The notes under the pieces: model-generated
The model's database searches: none
The model's input: only the letters and a program-made list of their open reading frames with translations
Told to the model about the DNA's origin: nothing
Made by a program: the position numbers and the translations under genes
Shown here: piece by piece, positions 53,089-64,000 of the stretch
Numbering within the stretch: the stretch's first letter is position 1
Layout: each line of letters opens with the position of its first letter
NCBI GenBank assembly: GCA_017499595.2
Contig: CM039001.1
Span: 3,224,001-3,288,000, forward strand
DNA: 64,000 nucleotides
Direction of reading: 5' to 3'
DNA from: Psilocybe cubensis
Lineage: Eukaryota

Positions 53089-54862
53089 GTCTGAGTCACC
53101 CCAAGCTCTTGTTAATATACGTGAGTTCGACGACAACGACAACGACGAAACGGACAACACTTACGAAGATGGTCTGAACGAAAGCAAATTTTGCCAGATC
53201 ACCGAAGGATTTTGTTTCTTTGGGGCTCCTTCCTTTTTTGGTTCACCCCAACATCGCCGAAGCGCGCCATCACTCCATCATCCAATCATCATGACGGTCA
53301 TTTATTAAGTATTAGGAGGCTTTAGTGGATTTAAGAGTCTGGGGGATTAACAAACTACGAGACAAATTGTTAGGGAGCGCCGAGAGGCTACAGTTTCATA
53401 CAGTTTCTCGCCCCGAAACAAAGATATTTGAGGTGGGAACGATTTCTCTTTGCCGCTACAAGTAAAATTCAGACCTGCGTCTAGGAGTTGATGTTTAGAT
53501 GTTGATTTCAAAGAAAGCATAGCCTCCTGAGTCTTCACTCATAACGTATTAGTACATACCATTCTAGTAGCTTATTCAAAGTTTGCTATCAACCACGACA
53601 ATCGACGGTATATTCATGGAAATGGATAACCATGGCAAACTCACATTTTTGGAACTTCTCTTTCGATATCCTGGACTATACGAGTCTATCAGACCCCAGC
53701 AATCCTCGCGGATAGTGGCCGGCGATGTTAAAACCGCAAGAGAGCACCCCATAATCGTGTCATCATCTTCGGTAGGGAACAAGAAATCTATCCTGCGGTC
53801 TACCCCCAATGTCATTTCATCAATAATTGAACCCAATACTCCACTAGCCAACGGTATTTGAACCGCCTTCGAATATGTTGCGTTAGAGACAGCAGAACGA
53901 ATTTAACGGGTTTTTTGAAAAAAAATTAGGTCACTCGGAAGGAACGCAGTCCGCCAAACAATCCATCCCAATAATTGACAATGGAAGAAACCTAGCCTCC
54001 GAAAATTCATGCGGAGGCGAAACTGAAGCAACATCACTTCATAACGAACTAGATCCTACGAAGTCAACCACTTCCCTACCCGACAAAACGGACCATCTTG
54101 ATAGAAATAATGTTGATTCCGAATCACCAAATTTTCAGTCCTCAGATACGTCCTGGATCACGCTGATGCAAAAGTACGAGGAGCAAAATAGGACGATGGA
54201 CAGGTTACAAAGGGAGCTGGAGGACATAAAAGAATCGATTGTGAAGATGTGCTCAAAGATCTAGGGTAGCGCTTTGAGAAGTAATTAGATGGTGGTGGGA
54301 AATTCTCAAAGAGTAACTTGTGCATGGATCTGAGATTTTTGGCTGTATGCTGTTTGCACCTGGAGGGTCGAGGGTCAGTGATAAATCCATGAGCAGTGAT
54401 TTTTAGAACTACTGTAACGGCCTGTGTTAGGAGCATGTTAATTAAAAAGATAAAAATATGATACCAAGTGTAGACATGGGCTTTCTTGATTTTCGTGTGT
54501 AAACTAGCAGTCGTCTTAATAGACGACACAGGCATAAAACAACACAAGTCAGGCAAAGCTTCGCTTTTGCCCGCCTTTTCGCATATTCAATTCACGCCAA
54601 AGGAAAAGTTAGTCTACCAAAGCCTTAACAGGTGCAGAAGGTCCAAGCTCAGTGGGCGGACCTGTCGAAATTGCGGAGAACCAAATAGACGTCAACGAAT
54701 TCAGACCATATTAACATCGTTAATATATAAGTAACAAGCCTCGCCTCGCTTCGCTTCGGCTTGTAATATCTGATAATACAACAAGAAATACGTAATACAG
54801 GCAATGCAGGTATACACACAAGAATCCACTACCAGTGGGTACAACAGTAAATTTACTAAATA

Positions 54863-56575
54863 CTAAAAAGATCCTTCTTTCGCCTGATCCTTCGCGGGTA
54901 CTTCAACCATCATTCCAGCAATTTTTTCTCCTATAGTTTCGACAGATGGGTCATCGTAGACCACCTCGATTCCCAAGCTGGATGAAAGTTCGAGATACAC
55001 GACTGACACTCCATCTTCTAATTCCGGATGGTCGATAGCGTCAGACGGACCTGCTCCACCTTGTAGCGTCCCCTGCATTGCCGTACCCATGCCAGGCCCT
55101 TTTTCAGCAGGTTCCTCTTGAGAACCCTCTTCAAGCCCTTCCACAAGATTACAGATGCGAATGTACTCCTCCTGTACCATCGTGCGATACCTGATATGTT
55201 TTAGAACAGGAACAAATAGAGGCACCTCGGGAACACAGACGCCCAACAGTTCCCCCGTCGCAGATTTAAAGGCCTTGATGTATCGCTCGTGATGTTGCAA
55301 CAGGTGTGTCAGAATTCTCTCCGCTGTGAAACCACGCTCCGAAAACAATGTTGCGCCCAGGTCAAGGTGCAGCAAACATGGCAAATTTGAAAGCATAGAA
55401 AAGAGTACTTTGTCCGAGAGCGGAGCGATAAACGTCATGTGCTGCACGTTGCCGCCCGAGCGATGTAGAAAGTCGTAAAATGTGGGGAGAAAGTCACCTC
55501 GTTGTACGTTGATATGTAGCATGTTCAGACAAGGGAAAGTAATCAGATTGTCAGCGCAAAGCCACTTGAGCGCGCTTGTGCGGACATCGATAATTTTCAG
55601 GAAACGAAGATGTTGGTGGGTGATCGTGGTGGCCCATGCATTTTGTATCGAGTAATTGTCACAAATGACACACTCCAATTCGAAAAACTCCAAACGAGTC
55701 GCTTGCTCCAGTATATCGAAGATATCGAACATCGAAATATGCCTTCCAGTAACTCGAGTAAGTTTTGCCCACGACGCGTCGATCGCCTCAAACTGCACGC
55801 GGGAAATAACGAGGATTGTCGGAGTCGGTTTCTCTTCGTCATTCGTTTTCGTAGCGAGTGCAACATAGTCGTTATAATATGGCTCAGGAGTGGTACTGCC
55901 CACGCAAATCATTTCGAGCTTTTTGGGTCGGCCGACAAAGTTGCTCAGTAGGGCACCAGGTACCCTAAGATCCAGGCAATTCCAGCGGTCAGAACAGGCG
56001 TTAATCACGTCGCTGAATTTACGGAACTCTGAGATTTTTTCGTTGTCCTTTGCGGTCCAATCGATCTCAGGATCGTGGGGAATATATATATTGATTGATA
56101 GCGGGAGGCGACCAGTTCGCGAAAGCCAGAGCTTGGCTAAGGCGGTAGCGGACCCCAAATTATTGGCGGTAAAGACAAGAGGAACGAGGTTCCACAACCA
56201 GCGTGTCCTAATGATAATCAATCGCCATCTGTGGCAGACTGTCGCCAGCTTCAATAAAGTCGTCCTGTAAAGCTTGAGATACATTTCTTGATGAATATCG
56301 TAAAACGAATCATGTTCTGGTGCGGTAGGAAGAACTAGCTTGTAAATCGTTGTGCATATGTCCACAGGAAGCTGTGCGGTCAGATCAAATATTTCATTAT
56401 ATCTCCTGGAATCGAGAATATCTTTCGCCGACCGATACATGCTGTGAGTCGGATGTGCGATGGTAGATGGTGGCTGCGGTTTATCTAATCGCTTTGTCGT
56501 GGGCAAGATCTCTTCGTCTGGGCATAAGTACACCAGCTTGGTTTCGTCTTCGTTGAGTCCAAGAAATGGTGCCAT
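54863..56575 (-). CDS. F-box protein with LRR-like C-terminal region (single exon)
   Basis: LPVDICTTIY...LATVCHRWRLIIIRTRWLW F-box signature, WLSRTGRLPLSINI and LRR-like units. Likely start is ATG 56575. Confidence 0.85.
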   Translation of the reverse strand: MAPFLGLNEDETKLVYLCPDEEILPTTKRLDKPQPPSTIAHPTHSMYRSAKDILDSRRYNEIFDLTAQLPVDICTTIYKLVLPTAPEHDSFYDIHQEMYLKLYRTTLLKLATVCHRWRLIIIRTRWLWNLVPLVFTANNLGSATALAKLWLSRTGRLPLSINIYIPHDPEIDWTAKDNEKISEFRKFSDVINACSDRWNCLDLRVPGALLSNFVGRPKKLEMICVGSTTPEPYYNDYVALATKTNDEEKPTPTILVISRVQFEAIDASWAKLTRVTGRHISMFDIFDILEQATRLEFFELECVICDNYSIQNAWATTITHQHLRFLKIIDVRTSALKWLCADNLITFPCLNMLHINVQRGDFLPTFYDFLHRSGGNVQHMTFIAPLSDKVLFSMLSNLPCLLHLDLGATLFSERGFTAERILTHLLQHHERYIKAFKSATGELLGVCVPEVPLFVPVLKHIRYRTMVQEEYIRICNLVEGLEEGSQEEPAEKGPGMGTAMQGTLQGGAGPSDAIDHPELEDGVSVVYLELSSSLGIEVVYDDPSVETIGEKIAGMMVEVPAKDQAKEGSF

Positions 56576-58371
56576 GCGAAGATTTGTCGACGCTTCCGCA
56601 GGATGGAGAGCTAGTGGCCAGTGGCGCAAGTCAGTGACAGATATTTACATGGCTTTAGAGGAAGTATCAACGCACATTGTTCAGACATCTTGATCTCTAT
56701 AACCTCAACGTTGAGGTAGTGGTAGCTATTTAGAGTCGAGTCGGACTGCCGCTTATGGTATTGGTTGAAAAGTTGGTGTGGCACTGATGGAATACCAGCA
56801 CGGTTATTATTTTGTCCGCTTCACGTGTAGTTGAGCATCGGACATGGGTGCCACTGCCACAAAGTCTTAGAAACTTGGAGAATGTCAAAATTTATGAACA
56901 GAATCAAAGGCCTAGAAAAAACATACCTAGGTATATAGCATAGAGTTCGTTATCTTACAGTGGTTTCATCTGTCTTGAAAATATACGACGCCAATTAAGT
57001 CCCTGTTGATTAGTTAACATCATAATAGCGTCAACGAATGGATTGTATCGAAAAACGAAGGGCAGCATACCAAGGTGAATTGACCGACGTAGAGGATGAT
57101 TAGTCGTTCCATTTTGTTGCTAATACACACCACTGAAAGTCTCTGGAAAGTCACACCGATGGAACAGATTGTCAATACCCCATTATGGACTATGAAATAA
57201 GGCAAGGTGAAGAGGCCATAGCGAAATAAAAGCAACTACAAAAACCGGATGCCTGAAAGAATTGACAGAGCCAAAGTATAAACACACTGTTCTTACCTAG
57301 GATTGTAGGATTATACGACAAGGATTTCTACTCTTCCATACAGATTTCCAAATTCAAAGTCAAACGTCTGGCTTCAAAACCTGAAAGGGGGTATCAGCAA
57401 GGTGTCCAAATGAGACGAAAAAAATACCGAGATGGCCTGTTTCACAAAAGACTTGGTTGACGATGGATCCATCCCAGACAGGTATTTGACTCGGCCGGAA
57501 TCCTGGACTTCGGTCAGCGTAAACAAACATAATGCACGAACTTGGACCAAGAATCGTAGTAAAACGGCTTGACCCTATCTGTAGAAACATGTGGATAATT
57601 TCCAGCTCTGTACCATGAATATTCAAAACCTGCCGAATGACCTGATGTCGACACTGACCAACACAGTCAAGAGTCAAATAATCCATAAAAGATAAAATCC
57701 AGAGCATAATATGAGAATAGATCAGCGCATCCCAAAAGTACGAGTCATTCGTGGAGATGATCCACGGAACTATAGACCAGATTTCAACGGATAGCCAAAA
57801 AAATCTTGTAGAACTATAAATGAGGAAATCGCCTGGGACGTTATCCCTTGTTGCTAGAGACGTTCGTGTTATTCGATCGCCCAGTCCAGCATTTAGCGAT
57901 AATCCATAAACGTATGGATTCAAACATAGCCTGAAGAGAGAATGTCTTCGGGGAGGCCATAAATGCACAAAGAAACAGACAAGCAGGTAGAGAGCAATGC
58001 CATGATGCTACACTTAATACATGAGCCTGGCTGAAACAAGAGGACACACGAAACCCGAGTTATATGCGCTGTAGCCAACGAAAACATTCACGTACCTCCC
58101 AAGAAAAGGCTCAGATCCTCCTTCACAAAAGCGTACCCGAATACCGAACAACGTTGATTTTCTCATGCATGTCATGTCATATTTGGATGGAAAAAAATGC
58201 ATATGCGACAACAAGTCGTTGAGTAGGCGAGACACATAGTGCATATAAATTCGACATCGGCCCACACCAATCCCACATAAACCCGATCCAAGAGCTCGCC
58301 AAAACTGTTGTGACACCTGGCCGAGTACCTCTTCGGCAAATCGTAAATTTTGATTTGAAGAAACAAGGTAT

Positions 58372-59158
58372 TTAGACCTTGAAACCTCTCGACTTTCGGC
58401 GACCACGACCTTGTTCGAACTTGCGGCCTTTGGATATTGTGTAGGGCTTCTTGTTCTTGTGGGGACCTGAAATCACGATGAATAAAAACGTCTATATAAA
58501 AAGATAGAAAGCTCACCCATGCCGAAGTGCTTGTAAGCCTCACGAGCGGTCTTGACACCTCTCAGGAGAACGGTGTTGGAGCCCGTCGGAGCGCGGAGAG
58601 CAAGCTGGTCGAAGGTGAGAACCTCACCACCAGCAGCAATGATGCGCTCCTTGGCAGACTGGGTGAATCGCAGAGCAGCGACGGTGAGTTTTGGGACGGT
58701 GGTTAGACGGATATCATCGGTGACGGTTCCAACTTGGACAATGATCTTGGAGGCGAGATCGGGGGTGTTGGCGGTCTCCTTAACGATGCGGGAGAGGGAA
58801 AGGGGGGCACGGTTGTTCTTGGAGAGGAAGAGGCGGTGGAGAATGACCTGGAATAAACATACAGAAATTAATTGTAAGGTAATCTCTAAATTGCAAGATT
58901 GCGACTCAAGATACCTTGTTGAAGTTGGCGTCTGTGCGACGGGCAAGGAAACGGTACAACTATCCCAAAGTAATGTTCAAAACCTAATTTCGTCGAAATA
59001 CAGGGTCATAATCACCTTCACGAGGAGCAGCAGATAGGGATCCTCAGACTTGGGTGCAGTGCGGCTGCCCTTCTTGACGTGGTGGTGGGTGATGTCGATA
59101 CCCTGGAATCACGTATCAGTACTGTTTTCGACGCCGGCAGCGACGACGAGCTCACCAT
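58372..59158 (-). CDS. RPL18: 60S ribosomal protein L18 (eL18)
   Basis: [55 protein letters not shown]...[12 protein letters not shown]...[11 protein letters not shown]. Four introns. Confidence 0.97.
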
Positions 59159-59490
59159 CTTGGTGGTTGCCGGAATATGGTGTTTGGGCTTGTTGTGTGC
59201 GAGGACTGAGGCTGAATAAACTGTACAGACGAATGATTGAGTTCAAGCTCCGACTGAATGGACTTATGATATCTCTCTCATTTGCACCGTATGTTCTTGG
59301 GAAAATGCGGACAATTTTTAGATAGTTTTTTCGGAGGGCCTGCCGGCTTCTGTCTCCATATACTCAGCGCCCAAAAAGTGCGAAATCTGAGATATCTTTG
59401 GCCCTGTTGTGGTGCTGCACACAACCAGCGCCCTTGTAAGGATGAATTTTGAACCAAACAACACACAACAGCTTCTCTTGTTGAACCACC
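59159..59490. promoter_or_regulatory. Probable bidirectional promoter between RPL18 and TRA2
   Basis: The two start codons are head-to-head and 332 bp apart. Confidence 0.55.
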
Positions 59491-60611
59491 ATGGTGAGTC
59501 TGAGTCAGCACGAAGTCCGTCCCCGTTGTGCTCAACGTTTTGCTCGTTTTATAGTACAACGACTCTGCTACTGCTCCAGTTGACCCATACTCTGACGCGT
59601 ACAACGCCCCTCCGGCGCCTGCTCCCTCTGAGCGCGACCCTCTTCCGCCACGTGGCAGGTCTCGTTCCAGGAGCCCTCCTCGGAGGGATACCAATGGCAA
59701 CGGTGCCAATGGGGACTCTGGTCGCTACAGGAGTCCCCCTCCATACCGTAGCAGAAGGTCCCCTCCACCTAGGCGCTCCCATGCTCCGCTTGTTCGTTCT
59801 TTTTCTTGCCATTTTAGTCAATTTTTTGCTGATAAGTTCGACCAGCAACCAAACCCGTCTAATGTATTAGGCGTGTTTGGATTGAGCATTCGGACACAAG
59901 AGCGTGACTTAGAAGATGAGTTCAGCAGATACGGCCGCGTAGAGAAGGTTACAATAGTCTACGACCAACGAGTGAGTTTAAAGATTTGTTCATGTTTGTA
60001 GGCCACGATGCTAAACATGTGTTATGTTAGTCTGATCGATCTCGTGGCTTTGGCTTTATTCGCATGTCTACTGTCGAGGAGGCTACGAAGTGCATTGAAA
60101 CGTTGAACGGCATAGTAAGTTCTTAATGCATTTTACTCGACAGGGTTCATCTAACCGAAAACCGTGTCAGGAACTGAACGGTCGTCGCATCCGCGTTGAC
60201 TACTCTGTTACCGATCGACCGCATGCTTCCACTCCTGGTGAATACATGGGTCACCGTCGGTCTGGAAGAGATGCTCGTGATCGTGACAGGGACCGCGACC
60301 GCGACCGCGATTATCGTGACCGCGACTATCGTCGTGATCGGGATAGAGACTATAGAGATCGCGACCGTGATAGGGATCGCGACAACTATGGTCGCGACCG
60401 AGACTGGAGGGACAGGCGCAGTCCGCCCCCGTCCAAAACCGGCCGTTACTCGCCTGAATATCGCCGCAGACGTAGCTATTCACGGAGCCCTCCTCCTCGA
60501 GGCAGCAGCCCGCCCCGCCAGCTCAATGGAAATGGCAGGGACTATGACAACTCTGTAGCGAATGGAGCGCCCTCTGCTTCTGCTGGGGAATCAAATGGCA
60601 ACCGGTGGTGA
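59491..60611 (+). CDS. TRA2: Transformer-2-like SR/RRM splicing factor
   Basis: RS-rich N-terminus, RRM PSNVLGVFGLSIRTQERDL...YDQR|SDRSRGFGFI...LNGRRIRVDYSVT, Tra2 signature TPGEYMG, and an RD/RS-rich tail. Confidence 0.92.
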
Positions 60612-63600
60612 ACGTCTCATGCCTTCTCTGGCTGGTTCAAGTCCTATCGGTTTGACTGGTGCGATATGTCATGCATGTTGTTTCATCTCAATGTCTTTCC
60701 CATTTCCATTTCCATTTCTTTTCCTTTCTTTATTCCTTGCATTTGCGCTTTGCTTTCATCTGACTGTTTTCTATTGTTCCCTTTCCTCTTGTCATCGCAA
60801 ACATTGTCGCCACCTTTTGGTCGTCAAGTCGTATCTCGGTCACGTTCAAGGGAACAGAAGCCAGAAGAAAGGACATTCGAAAATTTAATACACTTATAAT
60901 TCGGGCAAAAAAAAAGTTAATGAAGCGTCTGGCGCTCTGCAAAACTTCAAAAAGAAAATTCCTTTCGTTGCCTTCTCCAGTCGTCTACCACTCTTCCTCC
61001 AATTTTGCTCCAGTCGTCCGTCGTCGCTAGTAATATGTTTGCAAGTACAAGATTATATCTGCTGCATCTTCAATTGTTCAAATCACAAGGCTGTAAAGAA
61101 AGCACTATCTCTACCGCATGGTCTGTTCTTTAGGTCGATGTTGGATCACTATCTTTTGTGTAAATGGTGCTCAGGTATGTCAGTGGACATTTGTAGTGCT
61201 GGAGTTTGATCGGGTGGACAGTGGCGACCGAGCGAAGGAAACCTTGTTCCTTTGTTGGCTGACATCCCACGGCCACCTTCCCTGCAGGTGCAAACGATAA
61301 AATTTTAATCCATCCGATCGCATATAGGTTACCCGAAAAAGATCATATTAAACTGGGTTGGGCAACCTTGGAAGTTTCAGGGGGAGGCTCCAGAGTTCGC
61401 CGTCTGTCCAATCAAAAGCCTGGTTCTCGTTCCTTTCTGGGAGGAGTTAGGCGCCCACAACGCAAGTAGCCGAGATTCCTTTTCTCGATTTGACGCTTTT
61501 ATCCCGTTTGTTTTGTGGGTGTACGCTGATGCAATCTTTGAGATGCAGGGTCCACCCTTGTGATAAAGCCTAAGTGGCCTTCTTTCCGTGTTCTTTTGAT
61601 GATAAATGGACAACGTTCCCTTTCTTTGGGCCTTATCGACGATTCCCAGCCCTGCCTTTGTTCCTCTCTAGTCAACTCCAGTGCTTCGGATTTGTGGCTC
61701 TTTTCTTATCACTCATTTGCACGGGCCTTCGTTTACTCCCAACCTTCCGTTGAAAATGTCTGCCCACTGGGCAGATTAAAACGCGAGCGTGGGCTGCCGG
61801 CATTTCATTGGGGTTACGTACCAGCAAACGACGCCACTTGACAAAATAGACACAGGGATGTCATACATGCACGCCTAAACGTATGTTTTAGTTTCTACCC
61901 ACGTTTCACTCCTTTTGTCATGACTCATGTCATTATTTCTCTCACAGCTAGCACCCGTACTTACTGTTGGCTTGCGGGATGAGTCATGAATTCTCCGTGC
62001 ATAGGCAACGTTATAGGTACTTGAAGGTGCCGTTGCTTCTGGCCTGATTACGAATCGTCGCCTCCGTTGTCGCTTGGAACTTGACCTTCCCATGCCTACA
62101 TCTAGGACAAGTAACTCTAGCTCCGGACAGAGTGGGTTATGTTCATTCATCATACTGCGCCTGAAAGCTTCGGCAACTCTCTATTCCCCGGATTGGTCTA
62201 CTAGCTTCAATTTTCGCATGGACAATGGGACATGGGACCATGGTCGTTCGACGCGAATCAGGGTCTTTTTATTTTTGATTCTGCGCTAGGAGATATATCG
62301 ACGACGTACATGCTCCAGTCGTGATCATGTTTCGTGGATGTTACACGCTATCGATATCATGAATGATATCGATAGAACACAGTAGGACACCTTGATTACA
62401 TTTTTAGTTCTTGTTCATATATTACACTTATGCATGTCTGTTATCGACATCGTTGTTGTGACGTTACATAAATGTTGATGATGTATGTCTCCTTGCTCAT
62501 TTGAGTTGTTATTGTAGCGTCCATATAGGTTATGTTCAATTGCTACGAATATGCTAAAAGCACCCTGTTGAATTAAGGCCATATCCCTCGGGTACGTGGG
62601 TAGATGTTCAATTTTATTCACAGGCCAATTTCTGACAATCCTGGTTAGGTTAATTAGTGTGAGAAGATTTCTTATGCAGGGTCAAGCCTTTCTGCAACAT
62701 CACTCTCGGGAGTCGGGCGTTTGATGCCAAAATTTGTTCACGGAAAAGCCCTAATGAGTTCACAGCCATGTCGCGTTTCGTTTCATTGAAAAATCCATCT
62801 CGACGATTAGCAACAGACCACGACGCCTAATCCCATCATAGATATCCTTATACTACTACTGCATAGTATCTTTTGAGGGGCACAATGTGTACTGGACCTT
62901 GCTGGAAGTCTGTAATCGCCGCCGTTCAGGGTGTCAGGCCCTTGTCTGCACTTCTTTGTCGTAAGTAGAAGGCGTTGATTTTTCTGATATCCGAATTGAA
63001 TTTGACACGCCTCAAATCACAATCACAGAATTTCGTTCTCCCATCCCACGACTTGGTTCACCGTGTAGACAACGCAATAAACATCTACGTACCTTTGCAT
63101 TTAATTAATGTCACCTGTAACGTATTGAAGATCTACCTCTTGCACCATCCATGATACAAACTTTCTGGAGGCATATAAAGATCGTACAACTGCAGGTCAA
63201 ACCATATTGCATGTGTCTGCGACATCAACGCTTCGACAACCGTCTAGACTCTACATACATGTATGCACACCAATGTAGAAACGATAATGGTTATCGACGA
63301 CATGATCTCGAGGATTACCAGCTCGCCCGTCGGTCAAATTCTTGGTACCAGAACCCAAGAACTACGTATTAATTTTCTGACAGTTGACTCATTCAACCAA
63401 TTTTTTTGCGCATCATTTGTTGTATTTACTGTGCAACTCCTTTTAAGAGTGATCAATGTCGGTTGAACTACGTTAATCAAAATCTTGGAATGACATTTGC
63501 GCACAGCTTGATTAACAGTGTGCATTACAATAACCACTAGTATTTGTACATAATATTGTCATCGTTGTGAGTGATTTTCCATTTGTAATTTTAATCACAA

Positions 63601-63657
63601 TCATAGTCCATATAATTCATGAAGTTCGTAAAAAGTCGCCAATTGTCAGTCACCAAC

Positions 63658-64000
63658 TCACCGCACGGTTAACGTATCGATAGAAATATTCTTCCCTTCA
63701 ACCCTCCACTGCGTGTTTAAAGCCTGAACAGCATCTAAAATAACTTTCATAGACAGTATCCGGAAGGATTTCATCACCGACATCCTATGAAGGACAGTGG
63801 AAGGATCAATATCATAATTTTGACAGGTCCTGGAACGGAGGAATGCGACAAGAGCGGCAGAGGTGTAACCCGCTCCGTGGCATTCAAGATTGCAATGCTT
63901 CAATCGGGGAAGCAAAAACTCAGTCGGACTCTCTGCGGTGGCTTCAGTTGACGGAGTGGTGAACGTTCCGGCGGAAAAGAATTCGTCGGTGATGGGATCT
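63658..64000 (-). CDS. C-terminal end of an agaric F-box/LRR-type protein (start beyond the window)
   Basis: The frame is open from the right edge: DPITDEFF...FLLPRLKHCNL...ALVAFLRSR, typical of C-termini of this family. Confidence 0.55.
   Translation of the reverse strand, partial: DPITDEFFSAGTFTTPSTEATAESPTEFLLPRLKHCNLECHGAGYTSAALVAFLRSRTCQNYDIDPSTVLHRMSVMKSFRILSMKVILDAVQALNTQWRVEGKNISIDTLTVR

Noticed and set aside
53347-54556. Short ORFs upstream of ALE1
   Set aside because: No motifs or clear gene structure.
57360-58406. 202-aa and 130-aa minus-strand ORFs downstream of RPL18
   Set aside because: Atypical composition and no domain; probably non-coding or degenerate.
62348-62375. Short perfect palindrome CTATCGATATCAT-GA-ATGATATCGATAG
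   Set aside because: It is isolated, with no associated gene or element; function cannot be supported.

Overview
Eukaryotic DNA from a mushroom-forming basidiomycete (inferred from short GT-AG introns of about 50-120 nt, microexons, CYP63, basidiomycete-type actins and agaric F-box/LRR proteins). The centrepiece is a co-oriented tandem array of five actin loci in about 14 kb (14.6-28.9 kb): a 3' relic, two strongly divergent actin paralogues (A, B) and two conventional actins (C, D). All share one intron architecture. The divergent copies carry substitutions at the catalytic Q137 and at known toxin-binding or toxin-resistance positions. Left of the array lie two P450s, RPN10, nested palindromic MITE/foldback elements and a FAD1 relic; a tRNA-Glu sits inside the array's left end. 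To the right lie an APH-like kinase plus a truncated copy, a DUF6914-like pseudogene, a head-to-head pair of GRDP/DUF1399-like genes, two GPI-type cell-surface genes, a GATA-finger gene with a putative amyloid motif, ALE1, an F-box gene and a divergent RPL18/TRA2 pair. Gene models were spliced and translated by eye, and family names come from motif recognition without database searches.
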